NCBI GenBank assembly: GCA_002104945.1
Contig: MCFH01000027.1
Span: forward strand, 62,001-126,000
Reading direction: 5' to 3'
From: Piromyces finnis finn
Taxonomy: Eukaryota > Fungi > Neocallimastigomycota
DNA length: 64,000 nt
Made by a program: the position numbers and the translations under genes. Numbering within the stretch: the first letter of the stretch is position 1; each line of letters opens with the position of its first letter. The notes under the pieces are model-generated. The model had not been told where the DNA came from. It made no database searches and saw only the letters and a list, made by a program, of their open reading frames with translations. Shown here piece by piece: positions 55,066 to 64,000 of the stretch.

Positions 55066-55385
55066 TTGATAATATTGTTTTAATGTTAATAATATAAATT
55101 GTACTGCTTATGTATATTAGAATTGAGGAAGCAGGACAAGAATTATTTAAGGTAATTCAAGATCAAGATATGGCAAATATTAATGTTTTAATTTTAGCAA
55201 ATAAACAAGATATGGAAGGAGCTTTGAATGTTGCTGATATCAAAGAAAGGATGAAATTGGATAGTATAAAAGATAGGGAATGGTGCATTTTCCCATGTTG
55301 TGCTGTTACTGGTGAAGGTTTAGAAGATGGTTTAAATTGGTTAGATTCACATTGTAGTGAAGTAAAAACTTCAAAGAAGAAATAA
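54539..55385 (+). CDS. ADP-ribosylation factor, Arf6-like (4 exons)
   Basis: [65 protein letters not shown]. Confidence 0.9.
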
Positions 55386-57661
55386 ATATTTGTAATAATA
55401 AAGAAATTTTTAATAATTTATTCATCAAACATTTAATTCTGTAAATTATTAAGAATCATCAATTTTCTAATTAATTATATAAATATAGTAAAGTAATTTT
55501 ATTTTACTATATTTATTTTTAAAATTATATGTTGAATTTTTTTCGTTTCTGAAAGCAACAACAACATCATCATCAAACTATGAATATATTTATTAAATAT
55601 TTTCTATCTCTTAAGCTATTTTATATTAATATTAATAAAAATTTTTTAAAATAAACACTTTGGTTTTTTAAAAAAAATAATGTGTTTTCAATTTATTTTA
55701 TATTAAAATTACCCAATCAAATTTTAATATATAATGAAAATTAAATTACTTTGAGGATTTTTAATAAAATAGTTTTAAGTTAGTAGTAAAATTAGTTAAT
55801 TACTCTCTCTAATTTTATTGATATTTTAATATTAGAAACTTTACAAATTTTACATTTAAGATTTATAAGTTATCAATTTCAATTAAGGATATGGATTATC
55901 CATTGAATTAAGATTATGATAAACTATACATAAAATGAATGTACAAATATTCATGTGATATTTTTATTTTTATGTAACATACATTAATTTTAAATTTTGT
56001 TTACAATACATTTACAATACATTTACAATATTTAAAAATATATAAATTAAAATTATAATTATTATATAGTAATTACATTTAATAAATCGAATTAATTATA
56101 ATTAATTATATAATTAATTATATTTTAGTATAGTATATTTTAAGAAAATATACTATAATGAACAAAGGAAAATAATAGTAATAATAGTAAAAAAAAAAAA
56201 AAAAAGGAAAAAAAATCCATTAGCATAACAGAATTCATTTAAAGATATAAAAAATATTTTTTATAGAAATCTACATTTTTTGTTATTTTTAAACTTTTTA
56301 CAAATTTTGAAAAAATCAAACATTAATTTATATATTATTTTCCTAAAAAAAAAGAAAAAATTTTAAATTATTTTTTACAAATTATTTATATTTCTTCTCA
56401 TTTAAAAAATATAAAGAGAATGATTAAATATATGTATTTCAATACAGTTTCTAGCTTCTCTTTTATAGTTTTGCACATCTCTATTCACTTTCTAATTTGG
56501 ATTATTCATAAAAAAAAAAAAAGACAGAATTATTTACTTATCAAAGCATAAAAATATTTTTAATTTTTATAATTTAGATTTGGAAAACTTTAAAAATTTA
56601 TTTGGTCCTATCATTTATAGTATTCATTAAATAATAATTTAATTATCTTAAATTATTTAAAAAAAGTTTTAATTTTTTTTTCCCTTTATTTTTTTTTTTT
56701 TGTCGTAATAATAATGCTTGAAACTATGATTTAAAAAAAGAAATTTTAAATATTAAAACATTCACTTTTATCTCTATACCAATATATAAATAATAAATAA
56801 TATAACATTTCATAGTAATTTATGAATAATTTATGAATATTATTGTGTTAAATATTAACATATAAATAAACTTTGTTAATAAATAATATATAAATAAACC
56901 AAAACCGAAGAAAACAAGAAATTTTTTTTTTGTTTTAATAATAAGAATTATTCAATTATAAATGTTATGGATTAATAATTTTATTTTAAATAAAAATAAA
57001 CTAGAATTTTTGAACATCTTTATAATTTAATAATTTTTATTAACAAGTATTTAAGTAAATAAAATATCAATAAACTCTAAATAACATATATTTGTAGAAA
57101 AAAAAATATAAAAAAATAAAATATTAATTTATTAATTTTCAGAAAAAAAAAAAATGTATTAACTATTCAAGTAAAATATAAAATATAATGAATATAAAAT
57201 CTATTTTACTTAATTTGTAATTATAAATGCTAAATCTTTAAAAAAAAAAAAATAAATAGTATATTGTTTATTTAATTTTAGTATATAAACAGGAGTAAAA
57301 TAAAATAAAAATAATAAACAAACTTAAACCATAAATTTAATATTAGAATAATTTAAATATCATTAAATTATTTGGATATATTTATTTATATAGAGTTTAA
57401 AAAAAGGTAAAGAAAAAAAAAAGATAAAGAAAAACAACAATAATAATATTGCTTATTATTAATATATTCAATATATTTCGAATACAGTGGGAGAACTTGT
57501 AAATTTTATAAGTTTTAATGAATTTTTCAAAGTGTAAATAATAAAAATAAATTTATTTAAATATCTATCTATTAAAAATAAAAATAATATATATATATAA
57601 AAATAAACAATATTGTATATTATAGTAAATTCAGAATATTTAGTATCATTTTTTACTAAAA

Positions 57662-61604
<3,943 letters not shown>

Positions 61605-63000
61605 TTTTGTTTCTTTGAATATCTTTTTTTAATTATAATTTATACTTTAAGAAATAGAAAATATAGTAAAATAGAATAATATTAATTAGAAATTTAAATT
61701 TTATTGATCTTTTAATAAAAACAATGAAATATATTTATTTCATTGTTTTTTTTTTTTTTTCTATAGTAATAATGTTGTTTAAAAATAATAATATATCTTA
61801 ATACGAAAATTTAAAAATTTATTCAATTAATATTTATTATTCTATATTCAATACAATCAGAAATCTTTATATTTAATGCAAAGGTTTAAAAAAAAAAAAA
61901 AAAAAAAGATTTCATATATAATTTAAGATACATGAAAATGCATAAACCATTAAAAATTGTTTATACATAATAATAATAATAATAATAAAAAAAAAAGAGT
62001 GATAACAAAAATAAAAAGAAATTATCTTTTTATCTTTGTATTATTATTTTTTTTGTCAAACAATATTAAACAATATAATATTATTATATAATTTTTGTAG
62101 CCTTTGTTATATTTTATTTTTTTTTTTTTATTTTATAGTTAAAAAAAAAAAAAAAAAAAATATGACAATAAAAAATTTATAATAGTAGAAAAGCAAAAAA
62201 AAAAAAAAAAAAAAAAAAAAAGAAAATTATATATAGATTTCAATTTATTTTACTTTTTTATATTAATTTATTTAAAAATATAGATTAATTACAGCAACAA
62301 CAACAAAAAAAAAAATAAAATAAAATAAATAAATAAAATAAAGTAAAAATAAAAAAGAGAAATAAAAAATTAAGATTTAAATAGATTTTAAACAGCGTTA
62401 AAGCCTTTATATAAATGGGGAAATAATAATATAATATAATATAATATAATATAATATAAAATATAGAAATATAAAATTTTTATTAATTTATACTATTATA
62501 CTAGAATATGTACATATTATAAGAAAGTATGGTATTATTAATTTATAGGAACCGATTTCATAATGTAAAAATTTTATACTTATCAACGATAGTAACTCTT
62601 ATAAAATGTAGCTCTTTAGTAGCTCACTATCAAAAAACTATATTACATAATTAAAAAAGAATAACTTCTAATAGATAAAAGAGTCTAATACCCTCTTAAA
62701 AGTTTTTTTAATAAAAGTAGATTTAATTACTCTATACCACAAGAGCTAGAATAAAAAAAAAAAAATAGCTCTAATGTTTCGTTATTTTATTATTTTATTT
62801 TTAATAATATATATTAGTATAATAATTAATATTTTATATATTTTTATAAGATGTTAGAAAAACTATATATTCTTTTAAAATATATATAATAACATTAATA
62901 TTTTTGAATACTAAATATAATAATAATTTAATAGTCTAATAATAAAAAGTGAAATAAAAATTGAATAGAATATATAATAAAAATTTATTACATCATTGTA

Positions 63001-64000
63001 TTAATAATCATCATAATCATAATCATCATAATCATTATAATCAAGATCAGGATCATCGGAATAGTAAATATCAGATATGTTATCGTTTCCTATAAAATAA
63101 TGATTTTCATCATTATTTCTTCTTCTTGTAATATTCTCTTCGTTGTAATTACTAGTATCGCTATCGCTACTTTCTTCTTCACTGCTTTGTTGATCTTCAT
63201 TACTCAAATTATTATCTATTTCGTCATCGTCTTCAAATAGATCATCTAGTGTACCATTTCTAAAATAAAGATCTTTTTTATAACTAGTAAAAGGCCTATG
63301 TGAAAACATTATATTATACTTCTCAATAACACTTTTCTTCTTTTTTTGATCATATTCGTATTTAAGTATTTGTTTGATTATTCTTTTATTTCCATTTTCA
63401 AAAAGAAATTCGTATATGTCATCATTAAGTACTTTTCCTTTTTCCTTTTCTATATACTCAGATAAAGTTGTAGTGGATATAGGGACATTATTCGCATAGC
63501 AAGAAAGAAGATTCATAATACAGTAATTATCATAATAAAAATGATTATATATAATTCTTAAATACTTTTCTTTATATTTACAATTAATATCGTAAATGCA
63601 ATATTTTATTAAGCTTTTTGCGTTATTGTAATTGTTTTTTATTAGAAATTTTAACTTTTCATCATTAAGAAAATCCTTTTCAAATATATATGATGGTTCT
63701 AATTTATCATTAGGTTCATAATTTACATTTATTCCAGAATTGGATAGCATATACTTTGCAAAAGTTAGATTATTTTTTTTAATAGCTGATAAAAATGGTG
63801 TTGTATAGGTAATACAATCCATATAATCTTCATCGTTATATCTAAATTTATTATATTTAGATATTATTGACATTATTTCAGTATTATAATTCAACGTTCT
63901 ATTATTGTATTGACTAACAATATATTTTAAAACTTCTTCTGATGCTTCATTTTCAATAGCATATATTAATATATCAAAATTATACGAATAATTTTTTTCA
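63001..64000 (-). CDS. Ankyrin-family protein, 5'-partial, with an acidic C-terminal tail
   Basis: The frame is open to the window edge (FDILIYAIENEASEEVLKYIV...TPFLSAIKKNNLTFAKYML...GINVNY), similar to the N-terminus of the 4906-9435 protein. Confidence 0.75.
   Translation of the reverse strand, partial: EKNYSYNFDILIYAIENEASEEVLKYIVSQYNNRTLNYNTEIMSIISKYNKFRYNDEDYMDCITYTTPFLSAIKKNNLTFAKYMLSNSGINVNYEPNDKLEPSYIFEKDFLNDEKLKFLIKNNYNNAKSLIKYCIYDINCKYKEKYLRIIYNHFYYDNYCIMNLLSCYANNVPISTTTLSEYIEKEKGKVLNDDIYEFLFENGNKRIIKQILKYEYDQKKKKSVIEKYNIMFSHRPFTSYKKDLYFRNGTLDDLFEDDDEIDNNLSNEDQQSSEEESSDSDTSNYNEENITRRRNNDENHYFIGNDNISDIYYSDDPDLDYNDYDDYDYDDY

Noticed and set aside
55034-55067. T-run/A-run fold-back in an Arf intron
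   Set aside because: Similar Tn-An runs recur in intergenic DNA (e.g. ~53825, ~54090); a background feature.

Overview
Extremely AT-rich eukaryotic genomic DNA with short GT-AG introns, long (AAT)n tracts and the standard genetic code. Composition and gene families point to an anaerobic gut fungus (Neocallimastigomycota); this is inference. Host genes: a ~1441-aa ankyrin protein, a RING-CH membrane E3 ligase, two paralogous ZIP metal transporters, tRNA-iMet, SYF1, BUD22, MKT1, an Arf6-like GTPase, a TBC Rab-GAP and a second, partial ankyrin-family gene. Mobile DNA: a repeat mosaic at 0-4.5 kb; a poly(A)/13-bp-TSD retroposon at 10.9-11.4 kb; and a nest at 21-34.6 kb upstream of the tRNA gene. 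The nest holds a near-intact Ty3/Gypsy element (tRNA-Tyr-type PBS, ~2-kb leader, UUUAAAC plus pseudoknot -1 frameshift), a decayed 5'-truncated Ty1/Copia element, and a young solo LTR inserted in the Copia RNase H, with a twin at 1.5 kb. The most notable unexplained signal is a two-part RNA-structure module, an ENE-like U-rich internal-loop hairpin followed by an H-type pseudoknot. It occurs at 201-314 and 21366-21498 with different but fully complementary stems and an identical 24-nt core. All structures were read by eye; no folding or database searches were run.
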